DNA of 51,614 bases, from assembly GCA_000934665.2 (NCBI GenBank), contig JYFJ02002761.1:1-51614 (forward strand), read 5' to 3'. Both the position numbers and the translations under genes were made by a program. Shown here in pieces: positions 34,208 to 46,726 of this stretch. The stretch is from Catajapyx aquilonaris. Its lineage: Eukaryota. The notes under the pieces were generated by a model that had not been told where the DNA came from, searched no databases, and was given only the letters and a program-made list of their open reading frames with translations. The first letter of the stretch is position 1. Each line of letters begins with the position of its first letter.

Positions 34208-37154
34208 TTAGGGGTGTGGTCTATCACCACAATTGACCTTACTAGAGTAATTGCAATTACCAGTATTCTCATCGAAAAGAAAACCTTTGTAACAAGATCT
34301 AGAAATGATCGAATATGATCCATCATCATTTCTAATGCACAGCAAAAACTTTTGACAATTAAAAGAATCTGGTAATGTGTCTAAATTATATTTGCAGTCA
34401 CTTGCTGGGGAATATGTGGTAGAAACAACAGTGGTTATTGGCATTGCACGAGTACTAGCTCGACAAACAACGCGGGAAGCATAGTTACATTGTCCAATAC
34501 TTTCGTCAAATAAAAATCCGTCGTAACATTTCCGGCGTAGCGATGAGTACGATCCATCTCTTTGACGTATGCAAATGAGGAAATTTTGGCAATCACTGAG
34601 ATCAGCATAAACTTGTCTGTCGTACATGCATGTGCCAGCAGTAGTCGTCATTTCTGTCGTGGTGGACACAGTATATATTGTTCTACCATTACATTGGACA
34701 TTGTCGGCATAATTGCATTGGTTACGGGTATTATCATAGAGAAACCCGTCGTAACATGATCTCAATACAGTAGTGTATGTTCCATCGCTGTTTCGAACAC
34801 ATATCCAAAACTTCTGGCAATTTAAGGAATCAGCATATGTTTCTCCAGTGTAACTGCATCTGCTTGGAATCATAGTTGTAGTGGAGTAAGGAACCGTTGT
34901 TTTCACAACCTGCGTACGTCCATTGCATTGAACACGAGATGCATAGTTGCAACTGCCAGTAGTCTCATCATACAGAAATCCACAGTAGCAAAATCTAGTT
35001 GCTACGTAATAGCTGCCATCGTAATTTTTCAGACATACGTAGAATTTTTGACAATTTTGCTCATCTGCAAAGGTGTACTTATCATACTTACATAGGGTAG
35101 GGTGGGAGGTGGTAGAGTAAGTGGTAGGAGGGGAAGGGGTAGGCCTGTCATTACAATTCACTTTTTCGGCATAATTGCATGAACCAGTAGTTTCATCGAA
35201 TAAGAAACCATTGTAGCATCTTCTACTCAGGATTGAATATGATCCATCCCATCCACGGATACAGACCAAGAAACTTTGGCAATCTTCGTTGTCTGCATAG
35301 GTTTCCCTATCGTAGGAACATTGAGGTTTAGAAGTGGGAGGGGAGGTAGTCAGAGGGAAGGAAGAGGTGGTGGTTGCCTTAGGCGTGATTGTTGAAGATG
35401 TCGTTGAGGTTGCAACTGTGGTGCTCGTTGGTGTAGTTATCGTCTGTTTGGTTGTTTGTCCCGTTGGCTTGGACGAAGGGGTTGACAATGTGGGCCTGCT
35501 CGTTAGTGTAGTTATCGTCTGTTTGGTTGTTTGTCCCGTTGGCTTGGACGAAGGGGTTGACAATGTGGGCCTGCTCGTTGGTGTAGTTATCGTCTGTTTG
35601 GTTGTTTGTTCAGTTGGGGCATATGGCATGGTGGTGTCGCTCGTGGTTGAAGTCAGAGTCACTGGGATATTACCTGCGTATCGTAAATGAGAAATACCAT
35701 TCATAATGTCTAATCCGCAATCTCCTGTGCAACCCCCTTCAATGAAAATTATCCGGAGGTTGGTTTTGATGTTGTTAGATTAAATACCCAGAAAGATATT
35801 TGAAAATCGGTACCCCATCAAATAATAATCTGAAATACTCATAATAATATCTTAGTAATTTCCATACATGATAAATTTAATTCGTGGCATTGACTTACTC
35901 TTTTTGTGACAATTCCTAATGACTCATGTCTCTTCACCTCCCTAATGATTGTAAGTCCTGACATGAACATGTCCTGGTATATTGTCAGCACTGTATAACA
36001 AAACACCTTCCTCAAAAACTACCAAAACATGTCTGATTCACCTCCGTACTTTTTATTTCAAATGCATTGCATCCTTTTCCATTGTACGCCATCTTTCATA
36101 TGTTCCGCGTTATATCCTGGAATTTAGTTTTCCACAAATTATCCCATTCTTATGCAATGTTCTTGTCGGGATCATAACCAAATTTTCGCTCTGTATTGGC
36201 GCTGATATAATGCATCACATAATATACTTTTACCATTTTCATATGTACTTTTTTTATTTGATTGTAACTTATCATACATTAGAGTTTCCTTTGCTAACAT
36301 TTGATACATTTTGTGTCCTCCTTCTTATACTAAATGTCCTTGGCTCATGTACGTACCCATACCTACAAAGTGTACAGTATTGACAGAGTCCCCTAATCTA
36401 CTTGTATATGCAGTCAAACCTTTCATATTCTTCAATTTATATAATTTTTGCTTTAGATTCTTTTTTATGTAATGTTAGCGTCAAACGTCAGTTGCCTTAA
36501 CGTTATTCCTGCCCTTTATTGAAGAATAATATTTGCTGAAATACAATTATATTTAGTTATGTCATGCATAATCTGTTGTATAATATAACTTTTGGAGGGG
36601 GTCTCATTTTTCTATCCCAGTATCCTTTATTTTTATGACATCAGGATTTTCTCTGCGTAAAAGATTGGATATCTAATATTAAATTTTCAGTATTATTTCA
36701 ATTTCCCGTTTAGACCACATAATCCAATTTCTCCTTCACTTGAAGAATTCCGCGTTTTCTTAGGTCTACTCCATGAATTTCAGAAATTAACAACATTACC
36801 AACATTATAGAGTGGAAACAACATATTAAACAGAAATAATTGTAGTAATCCACGCTAATATAAGCATTATTCTTGAATTTGTGTCCATAATTTTCTCTGT
36901 GTGTGTTCATAAATATACTTTCCACGAACCACTGAAGAAAAACGCATACTCGTACAATATCTGTAGTATATTTTACAATAATAATGATGACAATAAAGTA
37001 AGAAATAATTACCCAAAATTTCTGCCGTGACCATCGCGCTGGCAAGCTAAAATGGCAATAATTTCTGATTACTTTTATGCTATGCAAATCCACAGTCACT
37101 ATCAAAATCACTTAAACGAAATATTACCAGGAAATATCCGTCGAAAATGTTCAT
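34208..37154 (-). CDS. Mucin-like peritrophin: Thr/Pro/Ser-rich tract plus five ChtBD2 domains; main exon ~35673-34208, putative 5' exons 37154-37128 and 37046-37013
   Basis: Five repeats of C-x-Y...AD...CQxFxxC...DGSY...RxCYxGFL(F/Y)D...CNY...VxC with Thr-rich linkers; AATAAA 34161-34166. The 5' exons (MNIFDGYFL|LASAMVTAEILG, phase-compatible with the 35673 acceptor) are tentative and more exons may lie between. Confidence 0.75.
35422..35609 (-). repeat. 75-bp coding tandem repeat, 2.5 copies
   Basis: Units start at 35422, 35497, 35572; encode QTTKQTITT(P/L)TSRPTLSTPSSKPTG; near-identical DNA. Confidence 0.95.
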
Positions 37155-38636
37155 TTTCACGCAAGTCTTTCCGGACTTCGCCTTCCTCTAAGAGATGCGA
37201 TCTACTTCTGCTGCAAGCCCCATAGATTATGAGATTTTATGGTTAGAACGGTATCTTAGAAGAAAGCATTTATTGCGGTACAGTACTAAAAATGATGACA
37301 CCAAAATCTGAAACTCTGGGCGGTGTAGCTTATCAGGCTGGATTTTGCGTTATTAAGATTTGATTTGCGATACAAATATCCGTGAGTTTTGCATGAGGCT
37401 TTGCCATGTGGAGAGAAGTAAGAACATTTGATACTGATATTTATTGCCTAGCGCAATTTTAGTGACCTTTGAAAAGTGTTTATTTTTTTTGTAATTTTTA
37501 TACCATTGGTATATTTAGAAACCCAAGCGAATAACAACACACGCTGTTGAAGGGTAATGTGTACTGTAGAGTATTTTCATATTAGTTGTAACTCAATTGC
37601 ACTTGTGTTATAGTACTAAAGATGTGTGCTCTTTTGCTTATTGGTAATACATACTCACTATCAGTTTAAAATTACCAGTGCAATGTTATGCTATCAGGAG
37701 CTACACTTCGCGGAACCCAATTTTACGACTCTGCCCTAGATATTTTTGTTATGTTTGTTGAACTAATATGCCACCCTTTTGGTTCATTTGCACGAGTTTC
37801 GCTAGTTGCGAAATAATAATCCAGGATTTGAACTCCAGTCCAACCTCGGTAGAAAGTTCGGGACTTCCTTTACCTTTTCCCACATTTTGTGACTTCGGTA
37901 TTCGGTAATGTTACCCAGGGATAATAATAATCATCCATCAGATCTACCTCGCATCCTCTACAACTGGGACCATAAACTTGGGCAGAGAATCACCATATAG
38001 TACACCAATATGTCTCAAAATATCCCAAATACGGTATTTTGCATTTTTCATCATTGGATAGAGTGGGAGTAGTGGGCATGGAAGGCGTGTGGCTTTTCAC
38101 TTACAATTAACTCTGGACGCATTATTTCACTCAGGTATATTATAAAAGAAGAATCCATCATAGTCCCATCATTGGATATCGTATGTTCTATTGTTATTTC
38201 ATCCGCAGGCATGAAACAATCATTAGCAATAGTTTTTTGTACGCATATAATACTGTAGGCCTGCGTGTGTCTGTTGCACGTGCACTTACAGTAGGTGCAA
38301 GGGTGTAAGTGTTTATGTGGCCTTGCTATTAAACTGATGGTTAATCTGTGGTGTCCCATTACAGTGTTAACGCCTGTATGCAATTATTGTACAATCCAGT
38401 ATAATATAGTCTCATCGAAACGATTAAGATATGCGCACTCTTTAATTTGTTGACGTGCTGGTGAGATCTCCTGGTGTTACGGAATAGTGGAGATATCATG
38501 ATGTGAATAAGAATGGTTTTTTACTTTGAGAAAGATTAGTCGATGTCACATTGTTGTCGCTTGTTGCCGGAGACCCAGTCTTGAGGGAACGCGGTTGAGA
38601 ATTGCGGTTCATGGGTGCACACCAAGCCTCTTTGTG

Positions 38637-38736
38637 AGACTATAGATTAAGTCAAGTTACTTGGCTCACGATTGGAGACTATAGACTTACAACTCGTAGA
38701 CTTGGCGCATGGTTCAAGACTATAGACTAAGGTCAA
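38637..38736. repeat. Short degenerate tandem repeat (~40-bp period)
   Basis: AGACTATAGA at 38637, 38676, 38717, with ACTTGGC(T/G)CA between them. Confidence 0.6.
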
Positions 38737-39188
38737 ACACTCTAGCCGCCTTTTATATTTTATAACCTACATTATTTTACGAAATAAAACCACACCCTGA
38801 GCTTTACAGAATCTTCCACCATGAGCGTTTGAATAAGATGCACCTAGAGAACTCAAACATTGTAATCTCTGAATACGCTATTCATAGATTACATTTTTCC
38901 TCAGCCGACTTTATTTATGCTTCAGTATAATACTTATGTACTGTAATTACAACACCAATGGAACGTGTTATTAAACCATGTTTTTGCAATTCCAGCAGGT
39001 ATAAAAAGCACTTTAAAGGAGTTCAAGGTCGTTTAAATGAGTTTGAATCTTTCCTAACTTCTATTTGCATGTGTGCAGCATATTTCCTCCATTATGTATA
39101 TTTTGAAGAAAGAAAATTTACCTCGCTTACGTACTACATATATCCTTTGCAGGAATAAAGAGCTGACAACAGTAGGTTACATTAATAC

Positions 39189-39534
39189 TTTTAATAATAA
39201 TAATAGTAATAATAAGAATAAGAATAATCCTGGGTAAGTGCTTTCACCCCCGGTGGGTATATCACTCGGAACCTTTATTGTACTATTATACATTGGAACC
39301 GAATAATTGAAACTCCCGGGCCCACCCTGGGCAGGATGACAAGAGGGGATGTGCAAAGTGCAAGTGCAATGTCTCAATAGTGGTACATTTTGTGAACTCC
39401 CCCGGGTGGCTTAGTCGAAGCCAGAGACGACTCAACTCTGCAGGAGATGAAGGGGGTGTTCCCTGGCTGGGATCGAACCCGGGACCTTACCATCCTTGGG
39501 CGCATACGTTACCCCAGCGCCACTCCACCTCCGC
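39189..39534 (-). mobile_element. tRNA-derived SINE-like element
   Basis: Minus strand: A-box-like TGGCGCTGGGG, B box GGTTCGATCCC (39469-39479), unique body, (TTA)n/TTATTC tail at ~39192-39228; related to 43315-43670. Confidence 0.7.
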
Positions 39535-39591
39535 GAAAAATCTGCGAAAAATTATAGGCTACAATCATATGTTGTACACATCCTCTCTATA

Positions 39592-39931
39592 GTAAGCGAA
39601 CTTAACAACAACAACAGCACCATCACGACATTTCCCTATTGAAGGGGTAGTCAGCGATGACGGGAGCCACAAGCTAACCCAAAATATGAACTAAATTAAA
39701 ACTTGTAAAAATCAGTCCCCTGCCCATCTCAGACGACAAACTCTCAATATTAAATTTTAAATATAAATATTACACGACTATGCAACGCGGTACTTGAGAA
39801 ATCCCCCCCCCCCCCTGGAAGAGAAATCAGCAACTGTTAAATTCCTCCAAGTGACTATAATATTCTCCTCCAAACGACTTACTTACTTACCTTACCCTTG
39901 CCTGTGCCCTGTGGGTAAGCGAACTTAACAA
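39592..39931. mobile_element. 306-bp segment flanked by a 17-bp direct repeat (candidate retroposed insertion with TSD)
   Basis: GTAAGCGAACTTAACAA at 39592-39608 and 39915-39931; insert begins with (CAA)n and has CTTA repeats near the other end. Confidence 0.5.
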
Positions 39932-40925
39932 GCCAAATTTCATTTACAGAAAAGCGAGAAGCTAAATCAATATTAATTTCTGTAGGTGTAAAAGGAAATA
40001 GAGCAGTACAATAATAAATGGGATAAAGTAATCGGTTCTTTGAGATAGCAAAAGGTGCAATCGTCACTGGAAATCAACAGGCTATACAGATTTTCCCAAG
40101 CGAGTATATATATTCTATCCATTTTCGTCATGGACTGCGTGTTGTTCCTAAGCTACTACGCAATATATAACTTAAGTTAATGAATGATGACAGTCATTAC
40201 TCCACACTCCACCTTACTCCACAATTTTGTAAAATTGCTAGAAAATTCCCTCTTACTCTACTGATTGCCCAAGTATAACTTACGTCAAACATGACATTAG
40301 ATTGAATTAATTAAATCAACTCACTCCACCTCGGATTGTGCGCATCCAATTTGTGATCGACTGACCTACACACATGCCAAACTACGACGTCGTAATTTCA
40401 TCCCACAGGCCACACCTATGTCTACATCAAAACTGCATCAAAGAATTTCAAAGCATATTGCTAGCAGAGGACTTTCTCAAATTGTATAAAGGGTATGACT
40501 CTCCCAATTAAAACATGTGATCCGCGCAAATTGCATGTGCTCTGGGTGATCCCTCAGTATAGAGTTGTCTTAATGACAGGCACTCTCATGATAGAACTTC
40601 TTACTCCACAAAACCCTTCAAATAAAACCATGAAAGCTTTTACTAGCTGACACTATAGGAAAAAGTGTAAAAAGTATCAGCATACATTCCAACAGAGAGA
40701 AACTATCAGTAGCCCAATTAAAACATTTAAATGTCACCAGTACAACAACTGTCCTCCAGAAGATGCGTTTTCAATGACTTGTGTCGGTCATATTAAGCTA
40801 ACACTGTATAGCCGGTGGAAAGAATCAAGAGACATTTTTGCCGATTATTGCCAATTGACTGAAATAATAGGTATAGTTGAAAATACATGGAGGGACTATC
40901 CAGCATACTCTCTGCACCACGATAT

Positions 40926-41819
40926 GCAGGGATTATAGACAAAATAATAGGAACACCTGCAAAAAGCGGTTGAAATTACATGTCTGTTTTATTGGCGAAA
41001 ACTGGAGAGGTTACAAAGATGACTTTTACCATGTTTTGAAGCTCCGTCGATGTACATTTGTGTGTGTGCAGATGATGCAAAAATCACGAGAAGGGGAGAG
41101 AAATAAAAGACGAACGACACCCCCCCCCCCCCTTCCAGACCCTATTTTTGACCAAAGTGTTCCAGGCTTGTCATTTGAAAACCAAAATAGTTACGGATAT
41201 GAACTGTACTGAGTTTTGAATCTCTGTCGATTTTACGTTGTGATATATAGAGATAGATCAATAATCACGCGAGGGGGAGGAGGAAAAAAAGAAATGACAC
41301 CCCCACCTCCCCGGCACTGCTCTAAAGAATGTGAGTAATATTTAATTAGAAAACCAAAACAGTTACAGAAATGATCTGCACTGGGTTTTAAGCTCTATTT
41401 ATGTCATTTTGTGTATACAAATTGATAAAAAATCCGCTATTTTGTCCGCGTGATTATTGGTCCATCTCTATACCACACAAAGTTAAATCGATAGATCTTA
41501 AAAACTCAAAAAGTTCATATCCGTAAGACCGTAACTATTTTGGTTTTCAAATGACAAGCTTGGAACACTTTGGTCAAAACAGGGGTCTGGGTGTGTGTCG
41601 TTCGTCTTTGGGTTCTCTCTTCCGCCCCCCCCCCTCCNCCCCCCCCCCCACAATACCTCGTGATTTTTTTCGTCATCTGCATACCCCACAAATGTACATT
41701 GACGGAGCTTCAAAACCTGGTAAAAGTCATATTTGTAACACTTCCAGTTTTAGAATAAAACAGAAGCGAAATTTCAACCCCTTTTTGGAGGTGTTTCTAT
41801 TATTTTGTCGGTCCCCTGT
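40926..41819. mobile_element. Foldback-like element with ~350-bp imperfect inverted arms and internal sub-repeats
   Basis: ~40926-41271 is the reverse complement of ~41447-41819 (e.g. TTTTGACCAAAGTGTTCCAGGCTTGTCATTTGAAAACCAAAATAGTTACGG); the AAAACCAAAA.AGTTAC motif recurs at ~41177 and ~41350. Confidence 0.8.
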
Positions 41820-42612
41820 ACCTTCCTACATTATGTTCCTATTACGAGTAGTTTCCAGTCATGTTCTTGCTCATTATTTTATGCCTGGCTGTACAGTATT
41901 ACGTTGCGCAAGTTATAACACAATAATCGTAACTCTCGTCACTCCTGTGTAGGCCTAATGCAAAAAAACTGATATTATATGTGGCGACAGAGTTTCCGTG
42001 TGAAAATTTTTCATTAGCTTTTTGTCCTTTTCCAAAAGGTTACAAAAATGTTACGAGCAGGTTGTTAGAATCTAAAAACCCGCTTCTCTATATAATTTAT
42101 GTTTTCCATAATATTGAGTAATAATTGAGATAAGGTGGATGCATGTGGAAATACGTATTGATATGACGCGTGTCCCTAAAAACCGTCCTTCACAACTCTT
42201 TCATAAGTTTATTGCATTTGAGACACATTCTTCGGGTATAAAATAAGGCTGGCTACCAGAAATGCTTATTCTATAGAAACCTTTGAGTCGTCTCCACGTT
42301 TACACGTACGTATGTGTAGAGTGCATGTAAGCTACTGTGCATGTGAAAAGGTCAATACATACTGCATCCAGTATCTACAGTTCTACAGTGACTCAAAATT
42401 CGTTATATGAAGGCTATAGTGTATACCACCAGTTACGTAAAGAATATATTTTCATGAGAACACTTTAGATCAGTTTGTGGTCCTAAGTGAGTGGGGGTGC
42501 ATACTACAGCAATTCTGACTAAACCGTCTGTATAATAGACCTCTATAAAATTTCTTCCATCAGAGGCCGGATTTCAGAAGCTTCATTTGTAAGACGCAGT
42601 TTTGGATACAAC

Positions 42613-45600
42613 ATGCAGCTATCAATTATACGATTCGGTCTCTTCATGTTCACCTTAACATGCGTCCTTTACAACCGCATTGATGAAACTATACAGTTCA
42701 TCATCAGCATATATGATTTTGGAGGAATCACTACGAAAACTTACGACTTCATTATAGGTAAGTTACACAAGAAAACACTTTTTAACTAATAAATTAGGCC
42801 TGGTGCTACTGCTGGTGCTGACAGATTGTCTGCTATTCAGAATCTATAATTATTATTACTTATTTGAGTCCGGAATTTAAGGCAAATGCCTATTCAGTTC
42901 TTTTTAACAGTTGGGACCGTTTTGTGAAGAGATCTAGCAGTTTCATAAGTGCAGGTGCAGGATGTGGAAAATGTAGGTTTTATAATGCCTAAAATGGCCT
43001 ATTTCGTGGTTTTGGGAACTATTTTGCATATTCTGACTTTATGCGACTTTTCATGCCTATTTGGCCTTTTTTGGGATAGTTTTTGACCTTTTTGCAGTAA
43101 TTTCGAGACTTTTTAGGCCTATTCCGAGCCTACAATGTATTCCTTCAGAAGCATGTTTGTTGGCGTGGAGCCTTTCTGGTCTGGTCGCATATGCCAAATA
43201 TTTTTTCTAAAATTTTCTCTGAATATTGGAAAAATATTTGGCAACATATTGTGCAAGTCTGGTGCAAGTGGAAACTGGCTAAGCGGTATAGTCCAGAGCA
43301 AGTGGCACTTGCTTGGGGAGGTGTGGTGGTGGAGATGGTAAAGTCTTGGCTTGCTGAGTGAAAGGCCCCAGGTTCGATCCCCGCCTGGGGAACTTCCTTT
43401 CACCTGCGTCGGGAGGTGTCTGGCAACCTAACCTCCTGGGGGACTGCACATGGCCCAAAGGTTTCATGACATTGCACCTGCACAAGTGTCCCCTCCCCCA
43501 AAAAAATCCATATTTTGAAAGTGAAACATTTCGCCATTTTATAAGTTCAAAGGGTGCAACAATCATGCAATGTATTACTGAACCCCTCATGAACTTCAGA
43601 AATGGGTTATTAAAAGATCATCAATATTATCATTATTATCATTAATTATTGTTGTTATTATTATTATATAGTTGGAGCTGGTTCAGCAGGGTGCGTCCTG
43701 GCCAGTCGATTGTCCGAAAATGAAAATATCGAGGTCTTGCTTCTGGAGTCCGGAGGACATCCCTACTTTCCCCCAGTTGGGAATATTCCTCTCATGACAA
43801 ATGCATTGCAACAGACGCCATATGTACAGGAGTACCTGACAGTACCACAGAAGCATGCTTGTGAGGGTCTGCACGAAAGGGTAATGTTATACAGTATAAT
43901 AGATGTATTTCCCTTATAAAGCTCAATAACTGAGACATTGAAGTCGGTTGTATTTCCCCCTGGACGATTGAGGTTCCTTTTTCTCTCTCTTTCAGAGGTC
44001 TTTGTGGCGTCATGGTCGTGGATTGGGTGGAAGCAGCAGCATAAATTACATGATGTACTTTAGAGGTCACAGGGAAGATTTCGACAACTGGGCCCAGAAA
44101 GGGAACCATGGCTGGAGCTATGAAGATGTTCTCCCATACTTTGAGAAGAGCTTAAACAAAGAATACGATGGAAAATATGGTAAGAATATTACAGTATTCC
44201 TTTCATCATGCTAATGCCAAGACTCCTGACACAATCAAAGTAGTGACACCATTGTCTTTAGGTACGGTACGAATATTATTTTGGATCACTAAAAATCATA
44301 ACAAGTTATCAATGCAGACAGGTGTCACTTTAATATCTGTATATAACTGTAACTAAAAATACAGTGTACAGTACATGATAATATCTTATTCTTACATTCA
44401 AGAAGAACTTCATCAAAGGGACTGGCCAATCCAACTGTCTCTGAGTTTATTGTCTCATCGACCTTTTGAAAGTGCATTTCTACAAGCCGGAGAACTCCTT
44501 GGGTACAAGTCCTATCGCCACCTGAACACAACCCAAGAAGAAGGTAAATACAGAGCTGTAGGGCCTGTGGTAGCCTATGATTTTCTCATTCATTTTTAAT
44601 TGCTGAGACTTTTCCTTCTTACTCGCAGGATTTTGGAGTGTACCTGTGACCCAGCGATCCGGTGCCAGATGTAGTTCCTACTTTGGTTTCTTAAGACCTG
44701 CTTTGATAAGGCCTAATTTACATATCATGACCAGGACTCAAGTACATAAAGTGAGTGTTTCTCTGTTTTTCTACATACAGAGAATAGCCCATTGCACAGG
44801 GTGTTAAAATAGACCTCCCTATTCCTCAGAGGATCATTTTATGAAGTTATTATGGGTATCATTGGTCTGTTCAACCTGGTTACGTTATGAGCTTCCAATC
44901 GTCAGAATAATTGCAAAACATTGTACTGTATTATGGAGTTAAAACGTGTTCCTAATTTTCCATTGTAGATTTTAATTGACGAAAATAACATCGCGTATGG
45001 TGTACAAGTTAATAGATTTGGAAGAATTTTAAAGCTGAGGAGCCGAAAGGAAGTGATATTGTCTTCTGGAGCAGTTTCGTCTCCAAAGTTGCTTATGTTG
45101 TCTGGGATAGGACCTGCCGACCATCTCAAGTCTTTGAAGGTGATCAATAAATTTACAAGCAATTAATTAATGCGGCTTATGCTTCAATACTTTGATAAGC
45201 AGATTCCAGTAGTCGCCAACTTGTCAGTGGGCGAAAATCTCCAGGATCATTATGGAACATTAGTTTTTCCTTTCATTATCAACAAAACCGTTTCATTCTT
45301 TCCAAAGAGAGACATTTCCCTCGTAGGGATGTGGGATTATTTCACTCGAGGGGAAGGTAATATTAGTGACGCCTGCATATGCCATATTTGGTGACAATGT
45401 GCTGATTAAAAACATCTGGAATAACTATAAATTTTATTCCAGGTATTCTAACGTCTTCACTAGTTCAAGGATCAGCATTTGTGAAATCGTCGTTGAAGGA
45501 TATGCATTGGCCTGATATTCAAATCCTCTTCATTCCTTTAGCGATGTCCAACTTTGCCTCCAAAGGCTTACTAGGTCTCAATGTCAGGAAAGATGTAAGA

Positions 45601-46726
45601 AGCATTTTACTCACATCATATACTCCAACATTTTCCATCATATGCTACATTGCTTCCAAATTGTCAACAAAATATTAAAGTCTGCTATAGGCCTGTGTAC
45701 AGTCTGTTATACAGTTACTGATACACAGTCCAATCACCTTGTAGACACAATAATTGTGTGTTACAGTTAATCGACCATATGTTCGGACCTCATGAAGGAA
45801 GAGATGCTTTCAATTTCCACGCTATAATTGGTAGGCCCAAAAGCAGAGGCCGACTCTGGCTGGCGGACACAGACCCAACCAAGGAACCACTAATCGACCC
45901 AAACTACTTTTCACATCCCGAAGATATGGATATTGTCCTGGTAGTCCGGTTAGTATACTGGCCTTTGCAGTTGTGCCAGTGACCACTTATTAGATTAATT
46001 TTGAATATACGACATGCCTATAAGTTTTAAACATGTAATTATTCTTGCCATGCATAAAATGTCATAATGCCATCTTCTTTTTGGTACCAGCCATTCAACT
46101 GTCCATCAATATAAGTAGAACTGCTCCATTTCAAGATATTGGCGCAAACTTACCTGTTAGTCCAATACCTGGTTGTGAACACTTCACCATGCCGAGCAGA
46201 AGGTATTGGGAATGCTACGCGCGCCACTTGACGATAACCGCTTATCATCCAGTTGGCACATGCAAAATGGGGCCAAAATCTGAAGAAACCGCAGTGGTGG
46301 ATCCGCATTTAAGGTAAGTTATAATAAGTACTATACATTTTAATCGAAGACTACTCTTATCCTGGCATAATCCAGCAATTTGTCAAAACTCGAGGAGAAC
46401 TTATTTCCTCATGAAATATTATTTCATGGCACTTACAAGAGTCATGAAGTAATTCTGCAGAAGAAAAGGACTGTGGGACGAGTTACACACTTCTTAGCAT
46501 TTAATAATATAAAGTTGTGTATTTTAGGGTGCATGGAGTGAGTGGCTTGAGAGTGGTGGATGGTTCTGTCATGCCCACTCTGGTCAACGCCAATCTGAAT
46601 GCTGCCATCATCATGATAGCAGAAAAGGCTGCTGACATGATAGTGGACGAGTGGAGATTAAAATGGACTCCATTCCCCGCAGGTGTGGGTCTAGGAAGCG
46701 GAAAAGAACACAAAAATGAACTCTGA
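42613..46726 (+). CDS. GMC oxidoreductase (glucose dehydrogenase-like), 11 exons: 42613-42757, 43672-43880, 43996-44179, ~44403-44543, 44629-44750, 44969-45139, 45203-45356, 45443-45594, 45767-~45948, 46091-46313, 46528-46726
   Basis: FAD-binding [69 protein letters not shown]; catalytic [12 protein letters not shown] and [25 protein letters not shown] 46831-46836. Phase conflict at intron 9 (see findings). Confidence 0.9.
43315..43670 (+). mobile_element. tRNA-derived SINE-like element in GMC intron 1
   Basis: A-box-like TGGTGGAGATGG 43327-43338, B box GGTTCGATCCC 43371-43381; shares GACATTGCAC.TGCAC with the 39.3-kb copy; (TTA)n-rich tract ~43625-43668. 3' end uncertain. Confidence 0.62.

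Noticed and set aside
39460..39534. tRNA gene
   Set aside because: A and B boxes present, but I could not fold a convincing cloverleaf, and it continues into a body and simple-repeat tail shared with another copy; called SINE-like instead.
42870..43130. GCCTA/T-rich low-complexity tract with weak inverted ends in GMC intron 1
   Set aside because: Possibly a decayed MITE, but termini and TSD could not be defined.
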